From Eledone cirrhosa (taxonomy: Eukaryota), in assembly GCA_964016885.1 (NCBI GenBank), contig OZ024741.1:251720001-251784000 (forward strand): a stretch of DNA of 64,000 nucleotides, given 5' to 3'. Shown piece after piece: positions 1-12,969 of the stretch. Made by a program: the position numbers and the translations under genes. Under the pieces are notes generated by a model that had not been told where the DNA came from, searched no databases, and worked only from the letters and a program-made list of their open reading frames with translations. How positions within the stretch are numbered: the first letter of the stretch is position 1; each line of letters begins with the position of its first letter.

Positions 1-910
1 ATTCTATAGAGGGCTGGTACGCAGCAGGTGCGACGACGCCCTCGGAGAAGCCCTAGACATGGAGGAGGACGAACTGGCCAGCCTGTTCGGTAGGACATTC
101 AGCCCGGGACCTATGGACAACTTCCAGAAGTCCCTGGCCTGGCAGTGCTACCGAGGGGCTTTACCCGTTCGAGAAAGGCTCTACAGACACGGGCGCCCGG
201 GTAGGGACCCCGCCAAAAAGATCTGTCCCAGATGCGTGTGCGACGAGGAAACCGTTGCACACGCATTAGTACACTGCTCGGGCGTAGCCGATCTGTGGGG
301 CTATGTCGAACAACTGCTGTCAAGGGTGGGACCGATCCGGTTGACCACCGAGTCTATTGTAATGATCAAGCCGCCTCCCCCCTTCAAAGATGAAGCAGAG
401 GCGGTGTTTCTGTGCGTAATAGCCATGGCGAAAGAGGTTGTATGGTGGACGCGTCTGAAAGGACTGAGGTCGGGCACCTTTCTCTCTGGCCAACAACTGG
501 TCCGTTTCTTCCGATATCATTTCGGAAGAAGGATCAGGATGGAGAGAGAGGTGCTGCACCCCAGCCGTTTCTATGAAAGATGGGTGAAAGTGGCGAGAAT
601 GGCCCGTGTGAATGGGCCTTCACTCTACATCAGACTATAGGTGAGGAAGATGAAAGACCAAGGGAGCACCCCTTCTCTGTGCTCCTGAGGAGAAGGGTTG
701 CACACTTTTTTCGGGGGTGTGTGCGACCCCCCAAGGCGCCTCCTCTCTATTGAGGATTTTGTTAAAAATTTTATTTTTTGTTATATCTTATTTTATTTTT
801 ATATTTTGTTATTGCCTCCTCCTTATTGAGGACGCCTTTTTGTGTAAACTCCCCCCTTTGTACTTGTCCCACTTTTGATGCCCTAGTGGCAAATAAAAGA
901 AATATATCTA
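1..910 (+). mobile_element. Tx1/L1-clade non-LTR retrotransposon, 3' part (copy A; ORF2 C-terminus ends at 640, then 3' UTR)
   Basis: ORF 59-640 has the zf-RVT-type motif WQCYRGALPVRERL...CPRC...ETVAHALVHC. The 3' UTR ends in GTGGCAAATAAAAGAAAT followed by a short TATC remnant. Confidence 0.85.
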
Positions 911-1254
911 TTGAGTCCATTGTCATGATCAAACTGCCACCCTCCTTCAAAAACGAAGGAGAGGCGGTTTTCCTTTGTGTGATAGCTATGGCGAAAGAGG
1001 TTATATGGTGGACGAGGTTAAAAGGGCTGAGGTCAGACACCTTTCTCTCCGGCGAGCAACTGATTCGTTTTTTCAAATACCACTTTGGAAGAAGAATCAG
1101 GATGGAGAGAGAGGTGCTGTACCCCAGCAAGTTTTATGAAAGGTGGGTGAAAGTGGCGAGAATGGCCCGAGTGAATGGGCCTTCTCTCTATATCAGCCTG
1201 TAGGTTGAGGAAAAGGAAGAGGAGAGGAAAGGAGTACAAACTCTTCGTACTCCT
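911..1254 (+). mobile_element. Tx1-like copy B, 5'-truncated; 3' UTR cut by a SINE
   Basis: ESIVMIKLPPSF...GPSLYISL* is nearly identical to the ends of copies C and D. It starts directly after the TATC tail of copy A. Confidence 0.85.
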
Positions 1255-1427
1255 GTTTCTACTTTAGGCACAAGGCCAGCAATAACCCAGTACATTACTG
1301 GTACTTTATTTTATCGACCCCGTAAGGATGAAAGGCAAAGTTAACCTCGGCGGGATTTGAACTCAGACTGTAAAGGGACGTAACTATGCTAGAAAACATG
1401 GCGTCAGACCCTCTACCGATACTGCCC
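1255..1427 (-). mobile_element. tRNA-headed SINE, family N (Nin-domain-like core)
   Basis: Minus strand has an A-box-like GGCAGTATCGG, the B-box GAGTTCAAATCC and the core GCCTTTCATCCTTACGGGGTCGATAAAATAAAGTACCAG. The family recurs several times in the window. Confidence 0.8.
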
Positions 1428-1485
1428 AAAAAATAATGATGATGATAATGATTTATCTATCCATCCATCTATCTATTTATCTATA

Positions 1486-1593
1486 CTTTTATATCTTGTT
1501 ATTGCCTCCTCCATATTGAGGACGCCTTTGCATGTAAACTCCCCCCTTTTTACTTGTCCCACTTTTGATACCCTGGTGGCAAATAAAAAGAAA

Positions 1594-1676
<83 letters not shown>
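1486..1676 (+). mobile_element. Short Tx1-like 3' UTR-only copy followed by (TATC)n
   Basis: 1495-1596 matches the copy A UTR at 805-900. It has TATC units before it (1455-1485) and about 20 after it (1597-1676). Confidence 0.8.
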
Positions 1677-3412
1677 CTCCTCCCTTCTGTACGTACTGAC
1701 TCTCGAGCCACTACTGCGGAAGTTGGAGCTATTGCAGGGCATCCCTTTGGAACCGGGACTGCGAAAAGCGTCGTCGGCCTACGCCGACGACGTGACAGTA
1801 ATGGTGTCGAGCACCTCGAAAATCGGGGAGATTGGCACCTTACTGGAGGAATACGAAAGGTTCACAGGAGCGAAGCTGAACCGGGACAAATCTGTCGGTT
1901 TGCAACTCGGAAAGTGGAGAGGCAAACCGATGCCTTCCGATGATGTTGTCGGACGCTGGACGGAAGGACCGGTAAAGCTGCTCGGGGTCTGGTTTGGTCC
2001 GGACCTCCAGGTGGAGAAGAACTGGAACGAGGTGACGGCCAAGGTGTTTACGCTCACCCAGAAGTGAGCCGAGTGCAAACTACCCTTGAAAGGTCGAGCG
2101 GAGGTGGCGAACACTTTTATAGCGTCCGTCATCTACTACCGCTTGACCGTCGTGTCTTGTCCAGCCAAAACGCTCACCAAAATGGAGCGCGCGCTCTTCC
2201 AATTCCTTTGGAAGAAACGGACTCCTTTGGTGAGAAGATCCATCTGCTGCCAACACCCTTCAAACGGAAGGCTGGGGATGCCCTGGCTGACGATGTGCAA
2301 ACACGCGCTCAGGCTGCGGCACCTACACGTATTCCTCACCAGAGAACCGGTGTGGGCCCCGTTCATGAGGCGAGCCTTCCCACGACTCATCTCGCTGACC
2401 GAGCTGCAGTCCTGGGTCAAGCAAAGACCGAGGAAAATGGGCGACTGGCACATCAAATGTGCTCAGGCGCACACAGTCCTCTGGCAAACGGACCCGGCAA
2501 TCAGTGGAGACTCCACTTCGACATTCTATAGAGGGTTGGTTCGCGGCAAGTGCGACGACACGCTCGGACAAACTCTAGGCGTAGAGGAGGACGAACTGGC
2601 CAGTCTGTTCGGTAGGACCTTCCGCCCGGGACCAATGGACAACTTCCAAAAGTCCCTGGCCTGGCAGTGCTACCGAGGAGCTCTACCAGACAAGCTCTAC
2701 AGACACGGGCGCCCGGGTAGGGACCCTTCGAAAAAGATCTGTCCGAGATGCGTGCGCGACGAGGAAACCCTCGCGTACGCATTTGTACACTGCCCGGGCG
2801 TTACCGACCTGTGGGGCTATGTAGAACGACTATTGTCGCGGGTGGGACCAATCCAGTTGACCACCGAGTCCATTGTCATGATCAAACCGCCACCCTCCTT
2901 CAAAAACGAGGAAGAGGCGGTTTTCCTATGTGTTATGGCTATGGTGAAAGAGGTTATATGGTGGACGAGGTTAAAAGGGCTGAAGTCAGACACCTTTCTC
3001 TCCGGCGAACAACTGATTCGTTTTTTCAAATATCATTTTGGAAGAAGAATCAGGATGGAGAGAGAGGTGCTGTACCCCAGCAAATTTTATAAAAGGTGGG
3101 TGAATGTGGCAAAGATGGCCCGAGTGGTTGGGCCTTCTCTCTATATAAGCCTGTAGGTTGAGGAAAAAGAGGAAGAGAGGAAGGGGGTACTCACTCTTGG
3201 TGCTCCTGGAGATGAGGGTTGTACATTTTTTCGGGGTGTGTACAACCCTGTGTAACACCTCCCCCCTATTGGGGATATCAATTGTTATTTGTTATTTTAT
3301 TAATAGTTTTATTTTCATATACCTGTATGTAAACTCCCCATTTGTATTTGTCCTCTTCTTTTGTGCCCTTGTGGCTAATAAAGAAATTTATCTATCTATC
3401 TATCTATCTATC
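1677..3412 (+). mobile_element. Tx1-like copy C: C-terminal half of RT plus zf-RVT, with one premature stop (2065-2067)
   Basis: RT motifs LSSLLYVLTLEPLL, AYADD, GAKLNRDKS and KLLGVWFG, then GRLGMP and CPRC..ET...HC. Ends AATAAAGAAAT-(TATC)n. Confidence 0.9.
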
Positions 3413-3936
3413 AAACCGCCACCCTCCTTCAAAAACGAAGGAGTGGCGGTTTTCCTTTGTGTGATAGCTATGGCGAAAGAGGTTGTATGGTGGACAAGGT
3501 TGAAAGGGCTGAGGTCAGACACCTTTCTCTCCGGCCAACAACTGATTCTTTTTTTCAAATACCACTTTGGAAGAAGAATCAGGATGGAGAGAGAGGTGCT
3601 GCACCCCAGCAAGTTTTATGAAAGGTGGGTGAAAGTGGCGAGAATGGCCCGAGTGAATGGGCCTTCTCTCTATATCAGCCTGTAGGTTGAGGAAAAGAAG
3701 GAGGAGAAGAAAGGAGTACAAGCTCTTCGTACTCCTGGAGATGGGGGTTGCACATTTTTTTTCGGTGGTATGTGTTACCCATATAAACTGTCTCCCTCTA
3801 TTGGGGAAAATCGACTAACTTTTTAAATTCCATTTGTGATAACATTTTACACGTTTTTATTGTATGTAAACTTCTCCCTTTGTATTTGTCCCCTTCTTTT
3901 GTGCCCCTGTGGCTAATAAAGAAATATATCTATCTA
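3410..3936 (+). mobile_element. Tx1-like copy D, 5'-truncated
   Basis: IKPPPSFKNEG...GPSLYISL*, then a UTR ending AATAAAGAAATATATCTATCTA. Confidence 0.85.
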
Positions 3937-3939
3937 GCT

Positions 3940-4289
3940 AGCTATGAAAGGTGGGTGAAAGTGGCGAGAATGGCCCGAGGAATGGGCCTTCTCTCTATAT
4001 CAGCCTGTAGGTTGAGGAAAAGGAGGAGGAGAGGAAAGGAGTACAAACTCTTCGTATTCCTGGAGATGAGGGTTGCACATTTTTTCGGGGGTATGTGTTA
4101 CCCATATAAACTATTGGGGAAAATTGACTAATTTTTTAAATTGCATTTGTGATAACATTTTACACGTTTTTATTGTATGTAAACTTCCCCCTTTGTATTT
4201 GTCCCCTTCTTTTGTGCCCCTGTGGCTAATAAAGAAACATATCTATCTATCTATCTATCCATCGATCTATCTATCTATCTATCTGTCTG

Positions 4290-4371
<82 letters not shown>

Positions 4372-4372
4372 C
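3940..4372 (+). mobile_element. Tx1-like copy E, 5'-truncated, with long (TATC)n tail (about 4240-4372)
   Basis: Begins at YERWVKVARMAR. The UTR is nearly identical to that of copy D. Confidence 0.85.
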
Positions 4373-4437
4373 ACCCATCAACATCACATATACAGTAATA
4401 CCACAAAGAAAAGAAAATAAGAACTCAGTACAATAGA

Positions 4438-5850
4438 TCATCATCATCATCATCATCAACATCGTTTAACGTCCATCTTCCACGCTTGCATGGGTTTGGA
4501 CGGGAGTTTTCCCACTTGAGGCAAGATTGGTTGTCTTGCTCGCATAGGACTGTCTGGCGGGTTTTCTACGGCTGGATGCCCTTCCTAACACCAACCACAT
4601 TTACAGTGTGGGACTGGGAGGTTTTTACCATGTTGCCTACACGGCCACATTACAGCGTGGACTGTGTTTTTTTTTTTTTGTCGTGACACCTACACGACCT
4701 TATTTATTTAGGACTGGATGTTGTAGTACCAACATAACTTTACATTGAAATGGGTGGTGTAGATGGGGGTGGGGGTAGTGGGACGGGGGTGTATTTTGTT
4801 AGAGGTGCCTACTGACTGTAGTAGGTTTCACTTTGTACTTAGGTAAGGCGGGTCTTCTGTATTACTGTGTAGCGCCAAAGATCTCGGTTCAGTGACATTG
4901 TCTTGGAGAGGTGTAAGTGTGTGAGGTCGGAATTTATCAGCTCGTCCCAGGTTTTTCTGGGTCTGCCTACTCCGTGGCTACCGTCTATTTTTATTGCCCT
5001 GCACTTTTTTTATACAGCTGTCGTCTTTTATGCGCATCACGTGACCATACCAACGTAGTCTTCTCTCGAGTAAACAACATCTAAATCCCTCTTATTTCTA
5101 ATGTTTCCTTTAGTTCGTTTATGCTTTGCCATTCACGTATATTACTATTACACATCCAACGGAGCATGCAAGCTTCGTTCCTCTCCAGTCTGCATATATC
5201 CTCTGCACACAATGCCCAGGTCTCACTGCCATGTAACATTGCTGTTCGTATGCAGGCATCATACAGCCTGCCTTTCATTTTTAGAGAGAACCCTTTAGCG
5301 GCTAATAGTGGTATAAGTTCTCGGAACTTTTTCCATCCAGTTCTGACTCTAGCTACTGTACTTTCAGAGCACCCTCCACCACTGCTGATTTTGTCACCCA
5401 AGTAACGGAAGGTGGCCACTATTTCTATAGAACCATCTGTGCAATGGAATGAGCTAGTATTCTGTGGGCACTCGCTGCTACTTATTGCACCAGAGCACCG
5501 GCCACATATAAAATCTATATTCTTAGTTAGCTTACCTGTGATCCCACTACATCTTGTATGCACCCATACTTTGCATTTGGGACATAAAATGGAGTTTCTG
5601 CTACTCCTTTCCTACACACTGAGCATGGCCATTTCCTGGATGGGACCGGTGCCCTATTTTCCTTCCTACAAACTAGAACTTTAGTCTGAGACAAGTTAAT
5701 TTTAAGGCCTTTTGATTCTAGGTCATGCTTCCATGTTTGGAATTTCTTCTCTAGTTCAGCCATTGATTCAGCTATGAGCGTTAGATCATCTACGTATAGG
5801 AGTTCCCATGGGCAGCCGGTCTTGAACTCCTCTGTTATAGCCTGATAGAG
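4438..5850 (-). mobile_element. RTE-clade LINE, 5'-truncated and frameshifted
   Basis: Reverse-strand match to 23860-25248: ELLYVDDL, FRYLG, AMLHGSETW, and a (GAT)n tail. Confidence 0.9.
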
Positions 5851-6285
5851 TGAGTATTTCATATGTGGATACCACAGATCCATCTTACAGTATGTGTTGC
5901 CTTCATTGTTTCATGGGCTTATATTGGGATATTGTTCAGTTGTTACTTGCTGATACAACAATTACTATCATTTCTAACTAATGCTGACTTAATAACAGAT
6001 GAAGATGAGGACATAAAAGTTTCAATAACAATATGGTGTAAGATAGAATTATAACCATGAAACCGCAGCTTGTCTGAGCACTCAGGAGAGTGCAGAAATA
6101 TGTAAGGAAGGTGTAACCCCCCCCCCAATCTCCACCTGACATCATCAGAGAGGTCATGTCATTAGGTCTATTTGAGTACTGATGCAGTCTGTGATGCCCT
6201 GGCCAATCCTTGCTAGCATAGAAAACAGACTCAGATGCTAAAATATAATGATGATGATATATATTACATGGAAATGGTTGTAATT

Positions 6286-6588
<303 letters not shown>

Positions 6589-6740
6589 TTCCTGAGTTGT
6601 GTCAGGAGGTAAATACAGTTAAAAAGGGTACTAAATATGTTGATGTAGAATATAGGCATTTTATTATATATAGAAATGTGATCTATGGGACTATAACTGT
6701 TTCATTCATATAAAATCAAAAGGATTGTCATTCCTGATGA

Positions 6741-7084
6741 TGGTGGGACGGGAACTGATTCTGGCTTGATTTCTACAGCTGGATGCCCTTCCTAACGCCA
6801 ACCTCATTTACAGTGAGTGCTGGGTGCTTCTTTACCGTGGCACCTACACGACCAGTTTACAGTGTGGGCTGGGTGCTTTTTTGCTGTGGCACCTCCACGA
6901 CCAGTTTACAGTGGAATGATATGGACCCCAGTCCCTATCATCTCATTTCTACTGCTGAGTAAACTGGAGCAATGTGAAATAAAGTGTCTTGTTCAAGGAA
7001 ACAACACATCACCCGGTCTGAGAATTGAACTCACAACCTTTCTATTGCAAGGCCAATGCTCTAACCACTAAGCCATGTGCCTCC
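6741..7084 (-). mobile_element. tRNA-derived SINE, family A (RTE-type tail)
   Basis: Head GGAGGCACATGGCTTAGTGGTTAGAGC...GAGTTCAATTCTC contains A and B boxes. Central TCCTTGAACAAGACACTT. The tail is shared with the RTEs. Confidence 0.85.
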
Positions 7085-7555
7085 AAATGTTAAATAGAAA
7101 AAAACTGATCTGTAATACATAAATGTAATATAGAAATAGTGATACATACATAAATGTTAAATGGAAATATTTGTAATATATACGTAATAGGTTCATGTTA
7201 AATGTTAAATATTAAATGTACTGACAAGTTAGTGTCAAAGCTGCTACAAAGATTTTAGCAAATATACTAAAAGCTTAGACTAAAATGTATCAAATCCACC
7301 ATAGTAAGGTTAAATACATCTTTCAATACAAAATGTTACCTGAACTTAGTACAGTCAGCTATATCTACTTATAGGGATATGTATCAATACAATACCTACA
7401 AAAAGTATTTCTTTCTACATCTGAAGAATTTTTAATGAATTCATGAAATAGCATCATCTTCAGAAAACTGCTCTCTACATTCTTTAGGCAGAGAGCACAT
7501 AGTATTTTGTGGGCCATCATGATTCTCAGTTAAATCTTTGAGTATTAATTTGCTG

Positions 7556-7636
<81 letters not shown>

Positions 7637-7866
7637 GAAGACCAACTAAATATCAAGCTCAAATATATTAGAAGAACTATTTATATATATATACACAATG
7701 GCGGACTGGGTCTAAAAATATTGGTTGCCAGGAGATGAAGGGGGCCCACCTACATATAGAATGTTATCATTTTCGAAAAATACATAAGTGTAAACGAAAA
7801 ATATCTTACCTTCTCCAATAAAAAATATGTATTTTGCGAAATCCAGAGACTTTCAATAATGACCAG

Positions 7867-8326
7867 AAGTCGACCCTAAATATTACTAATAGCTCTAGGA
7901 AAGCCATGAGCGACATATCTTTTTAACTTTGATTTTGAAAGTAGGTTTATAATTATCAATTTTCATTATACTTTTATAGCTGTCTCAGTGGTCTAGCTGG
8001 AGGAATCATAGACGGTGGTGATCCTGGTCTGAAGTTTGATCCTGGTAGGGAGTAGGGTTCCTGGTAAACCTTTTCAGTTTTTTTCTATTGGTTGTAAAAT
8101 AAAAACTGAAAAAGGTTACATGTACCTCTTGATCAGGATTGAACCCAAGGACAGTATCTCCACCGTCTCTAGTACCACAGAGACAACCACACTAGGCCAC
8201 AGAGACAACTACAGACATTTTATGAAAATTCATACTTATAAACCTACTTTCAAAATTTTCAAAACAAAGTGTTGTGGTGTCGTTCATGTCTTTCTTAATG
8301 TTATTGTTCCTATTTAAGGTCGACTT
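7867..8326. repeat. Imperfect ~460-bp fold-back unit 1
   Basis: Ends AAGTCGACC and GGTCGACTT. Nested inverted pairs: TTTTGAAAGTAGGTTTATAA/TTATAAACCTACTTTCAAAA and AACCTTTTCAGTTTTT/AAAAACTGAAAAAGGTT. Confidence 0.8.
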
Positions 8327-8664
8327 CTAACTCATTTGGGTGTTCCATAAACTACATTCTCGTTTTGTTTCATATCTATCTAGACTATATTTTAACCTGT
8401 AATCTATGTTTCATTTCTGTTGTACCTCATTTCTCCCACCCTCCTCTCTCTGTCCCTCTGTGATATTTGAATCTACTATGATATGGGCTTACTTTATTCA
8501 TATATATATGTTTTTGCATGTCAAATTCAAGCTGACAATATGTGGCATTATATATATATGTGTACATATATTATTTGTTTGTTAAAATAATCAAATTAAA
8601 TTAATTCAACAGTTAAACACACATAGGAATAATAAGGTTATTACCAAAGGGCCAGAATATTGAC

Positions 8665-9115
8665 AAGTCGACCCTAAATATTACTAATAACTCTAGAAAA
8701 GCCATGAACGACACCACACCTTTTTAACTTTGATTTTGAAAGTAGGTTTATAATTATCAATTTTCATTATACTGCTGTAGGTGTCTTGGTGGCCTAGCTG
8801 GAGGAATCATAGATGGTGATGATCCTGGTCTGAAGTTCAATCCTGGTAGGGAGTAGGGTCCCTGGTAAACCTTTTCAGTTTTTTTCTATTGGTTGTAAAA
8901 TAAAAACTGAAAAAGGTTACATGCACCTCTTGACCAGGATTGAACCCAAGGCCAGGATCTCCACCGTCTCTAGTACCTACCACTAGGCCACAGAGATAAC
9001 TATAAAAATCTTATGAAAATTCATACTTATAAACCTACTTTCAAAATTTTCAAAACAGTGTTGTGGTGTCATTCATGTCTTTCTTAATGTTATTATTCTT
9101 ACTTAAGGTTGACTT
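8665..9115. repeat. Imperfect fold-back unit 2 (paralogue of 7867-8326)
   Basis: Collinear similarity to unit 1 over its whole length, continuing about 100 bp beyond it. Confidence 0.8.
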
Positions 9116-9220
9116 CTAACTCATTTGGGTGTTCCATAATCTACATCCTCATTTTGTTTCACATCTATCTAGACTATATTTTAACCTGTACTCCATGTTT
9201 CATTTCTGTTGTACCTCATT

Positions 9221-9313
<93 letters not shown>

Positions 9314-9639
9314 TTGCATGCAGGAATGAATACACTGGAGTTGGTTGACCAAATGCTTTACTTAATTGTTTTATTTTTATTTTTTTTTAATTTTATTCTT
9401 TCTCTTAGATTTCAGGTATTTTTTGAAAGCAAAGCATTGGCCCCTAAAATACTACAGTGGGCTTTGCAATGCTTCTGTGGGCTCTTGCAATGCTACCATG
9501 GGCCCCCTGGGACCCACTTGCCATTGGGAAACCTGGTAACCTGGCCAGTCTGCCACTGTATATGTATATATATATATATATGAATGAATGAAACTTTGAT
9601 CCAAATACAGTGTCATTGAAATGATAATCAGGATAGGGT

Positions 9640-10300
9640 TAGAAAATCAGACAAAATATGCCTAAGGAGAGAAAATATCTAGCCAGCAGCTATTGCAGAG
9701 AATCGAACTCTATATCTCTTAAATTTCAGCCAAGTGCATTGCCTTTGGCCAGAATTCAACATGTACAGTGTTCAATTTTCTGTAGTGACTACATATATTC
9801 TGTCCAAAAGGGACATGACTTTCTAATGCTATTATCATTAACATTGTAGTGACCAACATTTTCAAATTTCAAATCCTCCAAGTACTTCGATAAATCATAA
9901 TATATATAACTTTGATAGGTTTCGGCCATGTCTTACTTAATAGCACCACCTAGTGAAGTCTTTCAAATCAGGATTTGGACACCATGGCCCACCTTATTGT
10001 TTGTGGAGACATATCCAGGTGTAAGGAAGTTAATCTGGGATTTCTTAGAAGGAATTTGTCCAAAGGTTTCTTGAAATTTGTGGGGTCTGTTTCTGTTTTA
10101 ATGCGTTTTGGTGTAATGTTAAAGAGAGCAGGGCCAATTCAGGTGAAATAATTATGCTGTATTGTTGTTATGAGATGCGAGTGTGATTTTTGTTGTGGGT
10201 GGATAATAAGGTGCCCAAGCCTGGGCATACCTTAAAGATGATGCCAAAATCATTTCTGCAATGTTGATGGAATATTTTCCATATCGTACTGATGATGTAG
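9640..10300 (-). pseudogene. Probable highly decayed Penelope-like ORF fragment
   Basis: Minus-strand KIFHQHCRNDFGIIFKVCPGLGTLLSTHNK resembles the PLE linker region (KIFN...SYSCMPN...IISSHNK). Many stop codons. Confidence 0.3.
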
Positions 10301-10307
10301 CACTTTA

Positions 10308-10403
<96 letters not shown>

Positions 10404-10430
10404 TGTGTGTGTGTATATATACACACACAC

Positions 10431-10461
<31 letters not shown>

Positions 10462-11197
10462 CAAATTTCAGGTTATCAATAATGTAGTGATAATATATCG
10501 TTACGTTAGAGATGAACAGCGTACGTGTAGGTTTGCTCAACGAGTATAAATTATATTCCGGAGAAAATGTAGAAAAGATGAATATAAAATGAAAGAGCTT
10601 TTTTTAAAAAGGAATTTATTAGGTATTGACATATGTTTCTGTAACAGACGGAATACCTATGTATCGCTGCTTGCGTAATCATATAATGTTAGCAAGTATT
10701 CGATAGCAAATGTATAATCAGTTGTCACTTCTTCAGAGATTTTGGATAAATTGGAAAAAATCAGAAAAATTGAAGTATTTATATTAGTTGAAATAGAAGA
10801 AGAAGAAAGGGGATAGTATATGACAGATGGTAATCCAATTTACTGCTAAACAAGTATATAAAGGGTTTCTAATGAGAATACAATGAGTAAATGGTTTATT
10901 TTATCTAAATAAGAATTTTTGGGAGTGCCTATTTTAATCTATACTTGACCGATTGAACAATGGACAGGGCTGGTCATTTGGTGTAGTAGTATTAATTATA
11001 AAGTGTCAATTAAGGAAGGGGGAGATTTCGACTGCTACTGAATAACATCAATGCTAGTAGCCAGCTGGTATATGCATTAGGGAATTGAATTAAGAAATCT
11101 CATTTTATCTATAGCAGTTTATATTAAATATATATATACATATATATACATATATATATATATACATATATACACATACATATATACATATATATAC

Positions 11198-11228
<31 letters not shown>

Positions 11229-11854
11229 CATATATACACATATATATATACATATATATATATACACATAACAACGCAGCACGCCATTTTTCATTCACAT
11301 ATATTTTTTACCCCTCGCTGTGGTTCGTATTTTTTCTGTCACCTTACTGTTATCCTCTTTCTCTCTCCCCCTTCTCTCTCCTTGTACCTCTTGCTTTCAT
11401 TCACTCCTCTGCTGGTCACCCACTTTCTCGCCTGGCCTCTCTTCCTCACACTTTCACTCACTCACTCTCTGCTACTCCCCCTTCTCTCACTTCCTCCCGT
11501 CTGACCTGTGTGAAATTCTTTTCTCTCTCACTTTTCGTGTGGCTCAGACATGTCTGCCTCTTCTCGTCATTTGATATGTTCAGACTTAAGCCCACAAGAT
11601 TCATTAACTTGTCTTTCTTTTCTTCTCTTTACGTTGCATTACTACCATGTTGTTTGTTTACTTTTTTTCTTTTCGCTCTGTCTACTGATAACGAAATTTT
11701 GTTATCGCTCGCACTGATTTTAGGTATCTAATCTTTAATGCGAAGATATACCAATGATAATCAGCAGACTACTGATGATGGACAGTCGTGTCTCGGTCTA
11801 TTTTCATTCATATGTTCACATTCGAAACAATGCAGCACACCATTTTTCATATAC

Positions 11855-11885
<31 letters not shown>

Positions 11886-11889
11886 TATA

Positions 11890-12075
11890 TATGTATGTAA
11901 AAGGTAAACAGAAATAACAACACAATCGGTACAGTATATGGAAGGTATATATTAGGTTAACGCTTCATATAGCAGGAAGAGGGTCTTAATGTTTCGGACG
12001 CTAGTCCTACATCAGAAGAAAGAATGAGAAATAAAATAGATTGAGGGATGAATAAAATAGACGGGCGGGATGGAA
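11890..12075 (-). mobile_element. Short HHR-bearing repeat (pLTR-like), family X; other copies at 19945-20120(-), 44400-44470(+, partial) and 44770-44935(-)
   Basis: Shared AAAAGGTAAACAGAAATAACAACACAATCGGTACAGTATATG...GAAGAGGGTCTTAA.GTTTCGGA.GCTAGTCCT.CATCAGAAGAAA. The HHR core is mutated in this copy (CTGATGT). Confidence 0.7.
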
Positions 12076-12077
12076 TA

Positions 12078-12131
<54 letters not shown>

Positions 12132-12240
12132 GATGAATTAACGGAGCCATAGACTCTCGTTATTCCCTGTCAATAATGTGCTCAAAGGGAAAGGAATCCT
12201 GAGCTCTTTAAAGTACAATATGTTGAAAAGGTAACACACT

Positions 12241-12277
<37 letters not shown>

Positions 12278-12279
12278 GA

Positions 12280-12310
<31 letters not shown>

Positions 12311-12478
12311 TGTGTGCCATGAATAAAACAGGGAAAACCACCAGTGTATGGAATCTATAACCTATAAACCTAGGTTTATTTACCAGACTAAAAATTCTAA
12401 TTTAGTCCAGAAATAGCCGTCGAAATGGCTTGAGCTCTGCCGTCGGGGTCATACTTTTTCCTATATACATATGTATAC

Positions 12479-12511
<33 letters not shown>

Positions 12512-12563
12512 CACATATATATATATGTATGAAAATTGTAAACATGACTGTCACCACACATTA

Positions 12564-12602
12564 TGAACCTGAAGATTGCGAAAGCACGAAAGTACTTGTT
12601 CA
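12564..12602 (+). ncRNA. Minimal type I hammerhead ribozyme
   Basis: TGAAC-CTGAAGA-T-TGC(GAAA)GCA-C-GAAA-GTACT-T^GTTCA: 5-bp stem I, GNRA-capped stem II and palindromic stem III AAGTACTT. Confidence 0.8.
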
Positions 12603-12785
12603 ATTAACACTTAACATTTAATATTCTACCATACTATTTCATTCTAATACCATTATAAATTTTAAAGGATTGTGAATAAAACGATTAAATCAGACAAAGT
12701 TGGAATTCCTTTTATTAATATAATCTTCTATACACAATCATACACACCCGTGTATATTTATCTATCTATGTATATATACATAGAT

Positions 12786-12834
<49 letters not shown>

Positions 12835-12864
12835 CACACAAATATATACATACATATATATATA

Positions 12865-12969
<105 letters not shown>

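Larger units (their letters stand above)
7696..9558. mobile_element. Non-autonomous TIR DNA transposon, hAT-like termini, with an internal duplication of ~800 bp period
   Basis: Left end CAATGGCGGACTGG; right end CCAGTCTGCCACTG (14 bp, 2 mismatches). Flanks tatataca and tatatgta lie in a TA-rich target. Confidence 0.65.

Noticed and set aside
778-910. Hydrophobic N-terminal extensions of ORFs 778-1203, 1516-2067 and 3158-3685
   Set aside because: They are read-through of the previous copy's UTR and (TATC)n (the IYLS repeats), not real fusion proteins.
7020-7084. tRNA gene (also at 20580-20647, 58100-58166 and 47447-47490)
   Set aside because: The A/B boxes are fused to a repeated body and LINE-type tail, so these are SINE heads, not standalone tRNAs.
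7416-7465. CTGAAGA...GAAA hammerhead-like spacing
   Set aside because: Stem I gives only 2 bp and stem II does not abut GAAA; likely chance.
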